DNA of 63,548 nt, the filler included, from Octopus bimaculoides (lineage: Eukaryota), in NCBI RefSeq assembly GCF_001194135.2. It is 4 parts of 4 records of this genome, joined end to end, with 100 filler letters (N's around TTAATTAATTAA, not from the genome) between each part and the next. Parts side by side here need not be neighbours in the genome. Positions count along the whole stretch, not along the records: positions 18,386 to 47,767 come from NC_068998.1; 3 more parts are not named here. One strand, written 5' to 3'. Positions 25,250-37,810 of this stretch are shown one piece after another. The position numbers and the translations under genes are program-made. Positions within the stretch are counted from its first letter, which is position 1; every line of letters begins with the position of its first letter. A model generated the notes under the pieces. The model made no database searches. It had not been told where the DNA came from and saw only the letters and a list, made by a program, of their open reading frames with translations.

Positions 25250-27180
25250 CAAAGAATGGAACAAGAATGTAATAGGTGACAAAAAAACATCCGGACAGTT
25301 AGATGATACAAAGGACAGGAAAAAACAAGGATGGGTCATTCGGAACCTTCCATTGTCAGTCAAATTCCAGATCATTCCTGCAGTTTCAGCCAGTTACACT
25401 CGAGACTGCTCCAATCTGGCTGGCCCCAAGAAAATCTAAGCTAAGAGCACTAGATTCTTTGGAAGAAAGCAAGTGAATGTATAAGAAAACAAGGACGAAA
25501 AAAATGGAGAAATATTACACAATTACAAATACAAACCACAAGACAATAACAACTGGTGTCTTTCGACTGAAGACAAATTAAATTAAGCTGGCATATGTGG
25601 AGTGAAGCCTTACAGCAGAAACATAAGAGATGAAAGTCATGGGAAGGAACATAAGAGATGCTACACATATGGAAGCTGAACCAAGAAAGAAAGGTCAGGC
25701 TTGGCGGAATACTGGTCATGTGGAAGGAGAGGAGAGAGGTAGGGGGCAGGGTGATTAAAAAATTAGGGGGAGACGAGAAAGAGAGGAAAAGAAAGGAAAG
25801 GGACATAAAGAAAGGTACTTAACAGGCAACAACAAAACATCCGGACAGTTAGAAGGATAAAGGAAAGAAAAAAACAAGGATGGGTCATTCGGAGCCTTCT
25901 GTCCTCAGTCGAGTTCCAGATCATCCCTGCAGTTTCGGCCAGTTACACTTGAGAGTGCTCTAATTTGGCTGGCCCCAAGAAAATCTAAGCTAAGAGCACT
26001 AGATTCTTTGGAAGAAAGCAAGCAAATGTATGCAAAATCAAGGATGTAAAAAAAACAGAGAAATGTTACACAATAGGCGCAGGAGTGGCTGTGTGGTAAG
26101 TAGCTTGCTTACCAAGCACATGGTTCCGGGTTCAGTCCCACTGCGTGGCACCTTGGGCAAGTGTCTTCTACTATAGCCTCAGGCCGACCAAAGCTTTGTG
26201 AGTGGATTTGGTAGACGGAATCTGAAAGATCATCATCATCATCATCATCGTTTAACGTCCGCTTTCCATGCTAGCATGGGTTCGTATATATGTAGATGTA
26301 TATTTATGTGTGTGTTTATATGTATGTGTTTGTGTCCCCTCCCCCACCACCAACATTGCTTGACAACCGATGCTGGTGTGTTTACATCGCCGTAACTTAG
26401 CGGTTCGGCAAAAGAGAACGATGGAATAAGTACTAGGCTTAAAAAGAATAAGTCTTGGGGTTGATTTGCTCGACTAAAGGCGGTGCTCCAGCATGGCCAC
26501 AATCAAATGACTGAAACAAGTAAAAGAGTAATTACAAATACAAACAAAACAATAACAACTTCCATCCATGTAGCATCTCTTATATTCCTTCCCATGGCTT
26601 TTATCTCTCATGTTCCTGCCATAAGGCTTCATTCCACATATGCCAGCTTAATTTAATTTGTCTTTAGTTGAAAGATACCTGTTATTATGGCCTTGTTGTT
26701 TGTATTTGTAATGGAAGTTGAACCAAGAAAGAAAGGTCAGGCTTGGCGGAATACCGGTCATGTGGAAGGAGAGGAGAGAGGTAGGGGGCAGTGCGATTAA
26801 AAAATTAGGGGGAGACGAGAAAGAGAGGAAAAGAAAGGAAAGGGACATAAAGAAAGGTACTTAAAGGGACATAAAGAAAGGTACTTAAAGGGACATAAAG
26901 AAAAGTACTTAACAGGCAACATTTCTCTGTCTTTTTCGTCCTTGTTTCCATATACATTCACTTGCTTTCTTCCAAAGAATCTAGTGCTCTTAACTTTTCT
27001 TGGGACCAGCCAGATTGGAGCAGTCTCAAGTGTAACCGGCCAAAACTGCAGGGATGATCTGGAACTCAACTGATGATAGAAGGCTCTGAATGACCCATCC
27101 TTGTTTATTTCTGTTCTTCCTTGTATCGTCTAACTGTCCGGATGTTTTGTTGTCACCTGTTACATTCCTGTTCCATATTT
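25250..27180. repeat. Composite of a ~550-bp unit in direct and inverted copies (A-B-C-A-[SINE]-b-B inverted-C-A inverted)
   Basis: aacatccggacagttag..ccaagaaaatctaagctaagagcactagattc at ~25286 and ~25835, reverse at 26921-27180; C block at 25671 and 26713; 24-bp triplication at 26839-26910. Confidence 0.9.
26076..26529 (+). mobile_element. Full-length OR1-like SINE carrying a nested ~54-bp RTE-tail stub
   Basis: Same head and tail as 5547 copy; 26229-26282 is (atc)n-gtttaacgtccgctttccatgctagcatgggtt. Confidence 0.9.
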
Positions 27181-27309
27181 TTTGTTTTTTTTATATATAC
27201 ATATAGCGGCATACATACACTTTTGGTCTCCTATATATATATATATATATATACATTTTATCATTTACTTGTTTCATTTACTTTTTCTGCAGGTATGTAA
27301 TTTGTAATG

Positions 27310-28130
27310 CCCTTTCAAAATAATAAATTTTGTCTATTCAATTTTCTACACCAGTCTCTTTACTAAGTCTAACTGAAGCTATTCTAATTTTTCTCTTTAG
27401 CATAATCCCCCACTTGCAGTTGATGATCTGGTTTCTAAACTCTCTCAGAAAAAAATGCATTTGATTTCCAGTAACCAGGTACCTGTCTATTGGTCTATCC
27501 TAAGTTCACTGTACATGTCATGGGTTTATTGTCTGTATAACCAGCTATGAAAAACTGTGGAAATAAAAATTGTACCTAAATATGACCTGGATGATGAGCT
27601 GTGATTAAACCAAGTCTACATTGGTGTATTCTGGAAGTCTGAAAAAGATTTCTGGAGTCTGAGAAAGTTTACAAAACTTTTGCACCTGCTTCTTTTGATG
27701 ACACCCACACAAAGACTTACTTTTTCAAAACATTAATGAGTGAGATGTTCCTAGAAATGTCTCTAGATGTCTAAAGAAATACAGCCTGTCCATTCTCATC
27801 AGGACATAAACAACTATTTGTCTGATAGCCCCACTGTCATCTTTACTACTGCTCACATTCAAGATAACCAATTTACCATCTAGCTCTTGGAAAATTGTAT
27901 TTATCACTAAGTTTCAGTCTTTCTGAAACAGCACCATTGCACCATTCGATGCAGGTTGAAGGAAGGAGGATACCTCAAAGTCTCCCAGAAGAAAGTGGAG
28001 CAGTTTTATCTTGGAACACCTAGTTTTGCTAATGGCAATACCATCCAAGAACAGTGATATAAAGTTACTGAGCAGATGTCCCTGCTTCCATGCTGACCCC
28101 AAACCATGCAGTTATACTGCCTATTTTCAG
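27310..28130 (-). mobile_element. L1/Tx1-type ORF2 apurinic endonuclease fragment
   Basis: KQGHLLSNFISLFLDGIAISKTR; ELDGKLVILNV..YFFRHLETFLGTS; downstream HKPMTCTV..PGYWKSN (GYWKLN motif). Confidence 0.75.
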
Positions 28131-28769
28131 TAAAGCCATTTAAGTAGGAGAAGGAAACATACAAACAAAAAATAAAAAATGTAGAGGTCACTTATTTCTG
28201 GTCTTGTACATAAGGACTCTCCAAAATCCTTTTGTCTAAGCATCATCATCATCATCATTATTTAATGTCTGTTTTCCTTGCTAGCATAGGTTAAACAGTT
28301 TGACAGAATTCAGCAAGCCACAGGGCTGTGCTAAGCATTGGCATGATACTATGGCTAGATGCCTTCTTAATACCAACCACCTTATAGTGTGTATTGGGCG
28401 CTTATTTTGTCCAACTGACATAAGTGAAGTTGCAAGTCAGAAAAGAACAGGAAACAGGAGAGAGAAAAGCCCCCATCACTAAGGGGAATGGGGAAATATT
28501 AGGAAGGGCAAAGTGGTTTTAAATCAGGTGCTGAGAAACTAAAGTATGAAGTAGGTACAAGAACAGGTGTCTTGCTCTAGAGGAGATACATGGCTATCCT
28601 ATATTACAAGGGCGAGTAGAATTAATTTGGAAGATGAAGATAGAGAAGAGAATAGTAGTGATGATTTGTTAGAGAAAACTCTCAAAGTAAGTAAACCTAA
28701 GAAAGGATATGGTCAGGGGATCACGTGAGGGGGGGAATAATAGATGGTTAGAGGTGGGTAACGCCTTTT

Positions 28770-28967
28770 CTGCAGATCGAGCAGGGCCATCTACCTGAAG
28801 AGGTTTGTGTCTTGTCTACCTTCCTACTTATTAGGACTTTGGTTTTAGCTAGGTTGACTCTAACGCCCTTCTATTCTAGTCTTTGCTTCCACACCTGAAA
28901 CTTCTTCTCTAGTTCTGATAGTAACTCAGTAATTAGGGCAAGGTCATCAGCATAGAGGAGCTCCCAA
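28770..28967 (-). mobile_element. RTE RT fragment
   Basis: WELLYADDLALITELLSELEKKFQVWKQRLE. Confidence 0.85.
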
Positions 28968-29546
28968 GNNNNNNNNNNNNNNNNNNNNNNNNNNNNNNNN
29001 NNNNNNNNNNNNNNNNNNNNNNNNNNNNNNNNNNNNNNNNNNNNNNNNNNNNNNNNNNNNNNNNNNNNNNNNNNNNNNNNNNNNNNNNNNNNNNNNNNNN
29101 NNNNNNNNNNNNNNNNNNNNNNNNNNNNNNNNNNNNNNNNNNNNNNNNNNNNNNNNNNNNNNNNNNNNNNNNNNNNNNNNNNNNNNNNNNNNNNNNNNNN
29201 NNNNNNNNNNNNNNNNNNNNNNNNNNNNNNNNNNNNNNNNNNNNNNNNNNNNNNNNNNNNNNNNNNNNNNNNNNNNNNNNNNNNNNNNNNNNNNNNNNNN
29301 NNNNNNNNNNNNNNNNNNNNNNNNNNNNNNNNNNNNNNNNNNNNNNNNNNNNNNNNNNNNNNNNNNNNNNNNNNNNNNNNNNNNNNNNNNNNNNNNNNNN
29401 NNNNNNNNNNNNNNNNNNNNNNNNNNNNNNNNNNNNNNNNNNNNNNNNNNNNNNNNNNNNNNNNNNNNNNNNNNNNNNNNNNNNNNNNNNNNNNNNNNNN
29501 NNNNNNNNNNNNNNNNNNNNNNNNNNNNNNNNNNNNNNNNNNNNGG

Positions 29547-30240
29547 CTCAAATGTGATGGACTGGACATTTTATTAGAATAAAAGACGAATGTTTGCCAA
29601 AGCCTCTTTTTTATGGTGAGCTCAACTCTGGTAAGTGACCACAACATAAGCTGAGGAAAAGGTATAAAGACTGTGTGAAGGAGAACCTGGAGAAACTAGA
29701 TATGAACAAAAGTGATTGGGAAAACAATGTTCTAGATTGGAACAAGTGGAGAGGTGCTGTTAGGACTGGTTGCAATGCCTGGGAGGAAAAGATGATTCAG
29801 CACCCTGAACTTAAAAGGGCCTGTCGCAAAGGAACAATTGGAACTGTAATCAACAGTGGACATTGGATATGTATTATATGTGACCATGCTCTGCTGTCAA
29901 AAACAGGATTCATGAATCATATTAAATCACATGAAAATTGTAATACCCAGATAGGTAATGATCTTGGACACCAATCGCCTCTTACAACTTGTGTCATGTT
30001 TAAAAAAGCTTGTAAAACAACATCTGAACTTGAAAGACATGTGCTAGTTCACAAAAACATTCCTTCAGAATCAGATTCCAAAGGGCAAAGATATAGAAGA
30101 AACTTGAATAATATCTGTCACTTGTCAGTCAGCAGTTGGTCTTAAAAGTCATCTAAGGGCTCATCAACGGAGTGAGTGTGCTGTGTGATATGTGTGTTGA
30201 TGGGATTGCTATCATCTGTCAAGATGAAGCAATCATCATA
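29547..30240 (+). mobile_element. RTE (BovB-like) LINE 3' end with tandem C2H2 zinc fingers
   Basis: WTGHFIRIKDECLPKPLFYGELNSGK*..RKRYKDCVKENL, then CIICx12HIKSH, CVM(F)x12HVLVH and a frameshifted ..SAVGLKSHLRAH. Confidence 0.85.
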
Positions 30241-31649
30241 TATACCTTTATTCAAAAAAAATCTTTTTCTTTGTAAAGAAGTTTTCTTTTGTAGGGATGT
30301 GTTATCTAAGCAGGCATCAGTTTAGCATTATTATCAACTGATGATTCTGGTTATTATTAGCGTGTTTATGTACTAATGTTCTTGGTTGGTCTGTTTTACC
30401 ATTTTAGTACTTTTCACTTCTGAAAGTCCAGTTGTCTCTATGGAGACTTCATTTTTTCTGATGTAGGAGAAATAATTAATAGTTTAAAGAAAACACAGAA
30501 TACACATAGAATAATCATATTTTAATGATAGTGCAGTCAATCAATAAGTTCTTACATTTTTTTCACCTACATCTCAGATTGTCATGCAACTCATTCCAGC
30601 GTTGGTATCTATTGGCACCCAGTTATGCACTGCTAAGCCAAGATATTCTCTCGTTTTTTCGATCTTTTCACTCATTCATTCATTATTAATGTGCATTATT
30701 TACTAATATCTACTTTTGTAAGCTAATTGTTTAAACTGACTCTTCAATATACAGCTTCCTAATCTCTCTCTCTCTCAGCCTTAGTTTCTCCTTTCAAAAT
30801 GAAATCTCTCTAATACCCTTAGCTCTCCTTCCCTTCCATGTTCCTAAGTTGGCTACATGGTTTTCATACTATCTCTTAAATAACTCTTGCCTCGCTTGTT
30901 TTTTCCTCCATGTTTCATGTTGGCTAAATATTCTTATACTATCTCTTAATTCTTCCTTTTACTATGGCTTCTTGTGCTTTTCTCTGCTACTTTCTCTTCT
31001 ACCCAGGGCAAAAATGCCCATTCATAATGTCCACTTCCAGTCATAGCATATATATAAAACTACCTTTCTCACATGTTTTCCTCTCAGATCTTCATACAAC
31101 TCATTCCAGCTCTTAACTCTCCTTCCCTTCCGTGTTCAGAAGTTAGCTACATATTTTTTCATACTATCTCTTAAATTATCCCTTGCTTGTTCACAGTGCA
31201 CCTACCTATTCCCACCCTAACCACCAATACCAGATATCTCTCTTCTCTTATTGGAAACCCTCACTAGTGGGATCCTCTACCATACCCTGCAATTTAGTCT
31301 CCCTCCTCTCCCTCTCACTCTCCTGAGACAAATGCAACTAGTTTAGCTGCCCATCTACTTAATCTAACATTGGCACATTGATATTCATTTTACTTTTATC
31401 TATATATTTTATTTATTTATTTATTTATTTATTTATACTTATATCTGAAGCACCAATAATGCTTATATTTACGATGTTCATAATGCTTATACTTACAACA
31501 CCACTAACACTTACTCCTACCCCAGGTAGGGGCAACAATCTTAACATGCTTGAATGTTTGAATCATGACAGGTCAAAAGTGAGAACAGGTGTAGCATGTC
31601 TATCAAACAAACACGGAAACACTCTTTCCAGGCACTGAATAACATCTCC

Positions 31650-34197
31650 CCTTCCCATGCCTCCTCCCACATTCCTTTCCCAGTTTTTAGAGTTGGCACT
31701 GTCCATGTAGCCACAATGAAAGGTAGGTCTAGTGAGATTGTAGAGATGCTTGAATGGAGTTGTGTTCCTGTATGCTGCATACAAGAGGTAAGGTGGAGAG
31801 GAGCTTCAGCCAGGGTCCTCACAGGCAAAGCAAATAGGTATAAAATCTTCTGGGAAGATAAATGTTGGAGTAGGGGGTGTAGGCATACTCCTTGCAGAGA
31901 AATGGGTGGATAAGGTCATAGAGGTTGTCAGGGAATGCGATAGAGTGCTTAAGCTCAGGCTAGTCTTGCAGAATAGTATAGCTACAATTATCGCTGCCTA
32001 TGCTCCACAAGCAGGCCTACCAAATGATCAGAAGGACCACTTTTATGATACCCTTTTACTACAGGCTATCTAAAAGACAAGTGGCAATGACTTCATCTTT
32101 GCGGATGGAGATTTTAATAGGCATGTCGGATGGCAACCTAGTATCTTCCATGGTGTTCACGGGGTCCATGAAATTGGTTCCCAAAATGAAGAGGGAACTA
32201 GGCTACTGGAGTTCTGTGATGCAAGCAACCTATTAATCTGCAACACCAACTTCAGGAAGCCAGACAGCTACCTGGTAACCTATCAATCAGGCAACTCTGC
32301 TAGCCAGATTGATTTCATCTTCACCTGAGAGCAGGGTGCAGGGTTGCTCTTAAATACAAAGACCCTCCCTGGTAAAGAATGTACTCCCCCCCACCGCATA
32401 GGCTATTCATTAGTGACTTTAGACACGAGACCAGAAGGATGCCAAGAAGCAAACCAATCCAGAAAAGAAGGATCTGGAAGCTAAAGAACTCTTCGCATGG
32501 TCAGAGATTTAGGGACATCCTCATTGAGAAATTTGATGAGAGGGAGGAGGAGCTACAGACTTGTGACATAGAGGTAATTGGAAATTCCTATGTGACAGCT
32601 TACTGAGCACCACAGACCAAATCTGTGGCTGGTGCAAAGTCCCTTCCAAACATAGGGTAATGTGGTGGTGGAATAATACGGTAGACAGGTTAACTAGGAA
32701 GTTAGTTTTTGTATGTGGCAGATGTTCAGGTGCAATAAACACTGTAAATATGCAAAAAACAACTTCTGTCTCATTCCAGGGAGAAAAACTAGACGTAGTT
32801 GATAGCTTCTGCTATCTGGGTGACCAAGTTAATAGTGGGGGTGGGTGCGCTGAAAGTGTAGCTGCTAGAATAACAATAGCCTGGGCAAAGTTCAAAGAGC
32901 TCTTACCTCTGCTGGTGACAAAGGGCCTCTCACTCAGAGTAAAAGGCAGACTGTATGACGCATGTGTACGAACAGCCATGCTACATAGCAGTGAAACATG
33001 GGCCATGACTGCTGNNNNNNNNNNNNNNNNNNNNNNNNNNNNNNNNNNNNNNNNNNNNNNNNNNNNNNNNNNNNNNNNNNNNNNNNNNNNNNNNNNNNNN
33101 NNNNNNNNNNNNNNNNNNNNNNNNNNNNNNNNNNNNNNNNNNNNNNNNNNNNNNNNNNNNNNNNNNNNNNNNNNNNNNNNNNNNNNNNNNNNNNNNNNNN
33201 NNNNNNNNNNNNNNNNNNNNNNNNNNNNNNNNNNNNNNNNNNNNNNNNNNNNNNNNNNNNNNNNNNNNNNNNNNNNNNNNNNNNNNNNNNNNNNNNNNNN
33301 NNNNNNNNNNNNNNNNNNNNNNNNNNNNNNNNNNNNNNNNNNNNNNNNNNNNNNNNNNNNNNNNNNNNNNNNNNNNNNNNNNNNNNNNNNNNNNNNNNNN
33401 NNNNNNNNNNNNNNNNNNNNNNNAATGACTTGTGACCATAAGCTTTGGAAATATGCTGTGCGTGAGAAGACCCGGCAAGCCAAGTGAGACCAAAATCCAA
33501 GGCCTCTGCCAGGGATGTAGCCAGCCCACTTACGCGTAACATTCTTTCATTGGACACTAAACTCCGCTTGTGAAGACCTGTTGAGGCATGTGAAATCGTG
33601 TTGGCACCTGTACCAGTGGAGCACTAAGAGCACTGTCTGAGCGCGATCGTTGCCAGAGCAGCTGTCTGGCTTCCGTGCCGGTGGCACATAAATAGCACCA
33701 GCGTGATCGTTACCAACATCGCCTACATGGCACCTGTGCCAGTGGCACGTGAAAAGACATTCGAGCAAGATCGTTGCCAGTGCCGATGAACTGGCCCCTA
33801 TGCAGGTGACACATAAAATACACCATTTCGAGCGTGGTCGTTGATCGTTACCAACGTTGCCTCCCTGGCACTTGTGCCAGTGGCATGTGAAAAGATATTC
33901 GAGCGAGATCGTTGCCAGTGCCGATGGACTGGCTCCTGTGCAGGTGGCATGTAAAATACACCATTTCGAGCGTGGCCATCACCAGTACTACCTGACTGGC
34001 CCTCGTGCCGGTGGCACATAAAAGCACCCACTACACTCTCGGAGTGGTTGGCATTAGGAAGGGCATCCAGCTGTAGAAACTCTGCCAAATAAGATTGGAG
34101 AATGGTGTGGCCTCCTGGTCCACCAGTCCTCAGTCAAATCATCCAATTCATGCTAGCATGGAAAGCGGACGTTAAACGACGATGATGATGATGATGA
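31650..34197 (+). mobile_element. RTE LINE with endonuclease, RT deleted, C-terminus and repeat-rich 3' UTR
   Basis: RVGTVHVATMKGRSSEIVEML..CCIQEVRWRG; AYAPQAGL; jump near 32690 to CGRCSGAI..FCYLGD..LHSSETW; 3' UTR 33590-34030 of imperfect gatcgttgccagtgcc repeats; (GAT)n tail. Confidence 0.9.
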
Positions 34198-36200
34198 CAA
34201 GGCCATTAGAGCAAAGAAATAGGCCTGGAAAACCTGGAAGAGTGGGGGTAGCAGGGAACTGTACAAGATAGCCAGAAGGGAGGCTGGGAGGCAGGAATAT
34301 ATAGTAAAGGTAATGCTTTAGATAGAAATAATTGCAGGGGTATCAAACTGCTGGATCAGGTGATGAAAGTCACGGAGAGGTTCATAGCCCAACTAAGTAG
34401 GGAGAGAGTTTGCTTAGATGAGATGCAGTTCAGTTTTGTGCCAAGTAGAAGCACCACTGATGCTATATTTCCAGTAAGGCAACTGCAGGAGAAATACCTA
34501 GCCAAAGATAAACCCCTATACTTGGCTTTTGTTGACTTGGAGAAAGCCTTTGACAGGGTCCCCCGATTCCTTATCTGCTGGGCGATACAGAAACTAGGAA
34601 TAGATGACTGGTTAATAAGAGCTGTACAGGCCCTATACAGGGACGCTGTCAGTAAGGTAAGGGTCAGCAACACGTATATTGAAGAATGCCAGGTAGAAGT
34701 AGGGGTTCACCAAGGATCAGCCCTCAGCCCCCTTTATTCACCATAGTCCGCCAGGCAATAACAGGAATTCAAGACAAGATAACCCTGGGAGCCCCTCTAG
34801 GCTGATGACCTTGCTCTCATAGCTGAATCACTATCAGAACTAGAGAAGAAATTTCAGGTGTGGAAGCAAGGTCTAGAATCGAAGTAGATGGCCCTGCTCG
34901 ATCTGTAGAAAAAGTGTAGGTAGAAATTCCATAAGATGTACACAGTGTAAGCTATGGACGCATTAGAGGTGCAGCAACATCAAAGGAAGATTAACCAGGA
35001 TTATAGCTTTTGTGTGCTGCAGATGCACAGGAGCAATAAACACTGAAGATGCTCAGAAAATAGATTCCATCACATACCAGGGGGAGAAACTAGAAGTAGT
35101 TGATAGCTTCTGCTACCTAGGTGACCAAGTCTGCAATTGGGGTGGATGCTCGGAGAGTGTTGCCACTAGAATAAGAATAGCTTGGGCAAAGTTCAGAAAG
35201 CTCCTACCTCTACTGGTGACAAAGGGCTTCTTGCTCAGAGTGATAGGTAGACTGTATGATGCATATGTGCATACTGCCATGCTACACGGCAGTGAAACAT
35301 GGGCCATGACTGTTGAGGACATACGTACGCTTGAAAGAAATGAAGCTAGTATGATGTGCTGGATGTGTAATATCAGTGTGCACACACAACAGAGTGTAAG
35401 CGCCCTGAGAGAAATGTTGGACATAAGAAGCATCAGATGTGGTGTGCAAGAGTGACAACTGCGCTGGTATGGTCATGTGCTGTGTATGGATGACGAGAGC
35501 TGTGTGAAGTGTCACTCCCTAAGAGTGGAAGGAACCTATGGAAGAGGGAGATCCAGAAAGACATGGGATGAGGTGGTGAAGCACGACCTTCGAATGTTGG
35601 GCCTCACAGAGGCAATGACAAGAGACCGAGACCTCTGGAGATATGTTATTGAGAAGACCTGGCAAGTATAGTGAGATCACAGCTGTAGCCTATACCAGTG
35701 TCACATAACCAGCTGATTTAAAAAGTACATTTGAATCATCAGGTGACATGCTGTGCTTGAAACCTATTGAGTCCAGTAAAATCTAAAATCAAAATCAAAA
35801 TCAAAATCACAATCAGAATCTCAATCAAATTGAAATCAAAAATGGAAATTGTAGTTGTGGCCGATGCCAGTGCTTCCTGACTGGCTCCCATGCTGGTGGC
35901 ACACAATAAGCACCATTCATGCGTGGGTCATTGCCAATGCCGCATGACTGCCAGTAGCACGTAAAAAGCACCACCCGAATGAGACTGATGCTAGTGCTGC
36001 CTGACTGGCTCCCGTGCCGGTGGCACATAAAAAGCACCCACTACACTCTTGAAGTGGTTGGTATTATGAAGGACATCCAGCTGTAGAAACACTGCCAGAT
36101 CAGATTGGAGCCTGGTGCAGCCTCCTGGCTTGCCAGTCCCCAGTCAAACCATCCAAACTATGCCAGCATGAAAAATGGATGTCAAACGGTGATGATGTTA
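34198..36200 (+). mobile_element. RTE LINE RT-to-tail fragment, frameshifted
   Basis: QFSFVPSRSTTDAIF..LAFVDLEKAFDRVP..GVHQGSALSP; ADDLAL; FCYLGD; WYGHVLCM..GRGRSRKTW; tail near 36190. Confidence 0.92.
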
Positions 36201-36423
36201 TGTTTTGGCCAATTGCTATTGTCTATATTTGCACTTTTAAAGTGCATTATGAGGTTATAAGACAATGGCCTCTTCTGGGCATATTGACTGCAATTTTTCA
36301 CTTCTCTTGAATGAAGAATTTATTCCAACTGAATGGTAAGCTTTTAGTTCTATATATATGGATATATATGTGTGTATATGTATGTATAAATATGTAAGAT
36401 CCATACCGTGCTGTGTAGTGTTT

Positions 36424-36467
<44 letters not shown>

Positions 36468-36539
36468 ATGCTACCGGGCAAGCGTTTGTGCAGATCTTTT
36501 CAGATACTGACAAAATCCCTACAATTGCCTTCCCATTGT

Positions 36540-37810
36540 CAATCCCAAGTACACAATTTCAGGGCTGTGACCATCACCGTTGGCACAATGAAAGAGAGAT
36601 TCAATGAAATTATTGAAATGATAGAGTATAACCATGTTGATGTATGTGGTGTGCATGAAGTGAGATGGAAAGGGGCCTCTCCTAGATTCCTCACAGGTAA
36701 GAAAGAAAGGTTCAAATTCTTCTGCATAGTCAGTAGTGGAGTGGGTATACTCTTAGTAGAAAAGTTGGTAGTTGAGAGAGTCAGAGTATGCAAAAGGGTT
36801 ATTAAGCTGAGATTTATCATAGATAAATTAACAGTTACATTTATCTCAGCCTATGCTCCACAGGCTGGGCTGGCTGATGACCAGAAGGACCAATTCTATG
36901 AGGTCCATCTGCAGACTACCTCAACGACAAATGACAGAGACTTAGTCATTGTGGCTAGCGACTTTAATGTACACGTTGGGCAACATTGCCATGGATTCCA
37001 TGCTGTGCATGGTGGTTATGGCTTTGGCCTCAGGAATGAGGAAGGAGCAAGGCTACTAGGGTTCTGTTATGCAAATGATTTCATGATCTGCAACACTAAC
37101 TTCAGAAAACCCGTCAGCCAACCAGCCACCTAACCACTTATCAGTCTAGTGGGAAGATAAGCCAGATCAATTACCTCCTCATCAGCCAATGAGATAAACA
37201 GATGCTCATAATAGTGAAGTCTTTCCCTTGTGAAGAGTGTGTGCACCCCAATTGCTAGTTAGTGACTAGAATTAGGGCTAGAAAGATTCAGAGAAATAAA
37301 CCATACTGGAAAAGAAGATTATGGAAGCTCAAAGACCCAGGAAACTGACAGAAATTCAGAGACATTCTCTGATGACAGAGAGGAGGAGGAAGTAGGTATA
37401 TATAGCTTAGAGAACAATTGAAAGTTCCTGCAGGACAATCTACTGGGGGGCCGCTGACCAAATCTGGGGTTGGAGCAAAGTCTCAGCTAGGTTAAGGGTG
37501 ACATAGTGGTGGAACAAGGAAGTGGACAGCACTATAAAAGCAGAGACAGGCCTGGAATGACTGGAGAAACGGTGAAAGTAGAGAATTATATCAGGTAGCC
37601 AGAAGGGAAGCTAGGTGATAGATTTACATAGTGAAAGAAATAGTAGAAGGTTTGCCAATGTTCTACAGTGTGAGGTATTCATGATTGCCAGTGTATCAGA
37701 GAAAATAGAGATGTGGTAGGTGAGAAATGTGTGTCACTGGATAATGATATGCTTGCATTTAGTGACTCAGAGAAGAAAGATGTGTGGAGGTGACACTGTG
37801 AAAGGTTATT
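36540..37810 (+). mobile_element. RTE LINE endonuclease and linker fragment
   Basis: TITVGTMKERFNEIIEM..HEVRWKG..SAYAPQAGL..VASDFNVHVG..CNTNFRKP. Confidence 0.9.

Noticed and set aside
30400-30460. Possible small minus-strand exon KNEVSIETTGLSEVKSTKM
   Set aside because: Splice-like words only, no recognisable homology; expected by chance in AT-rich DNA
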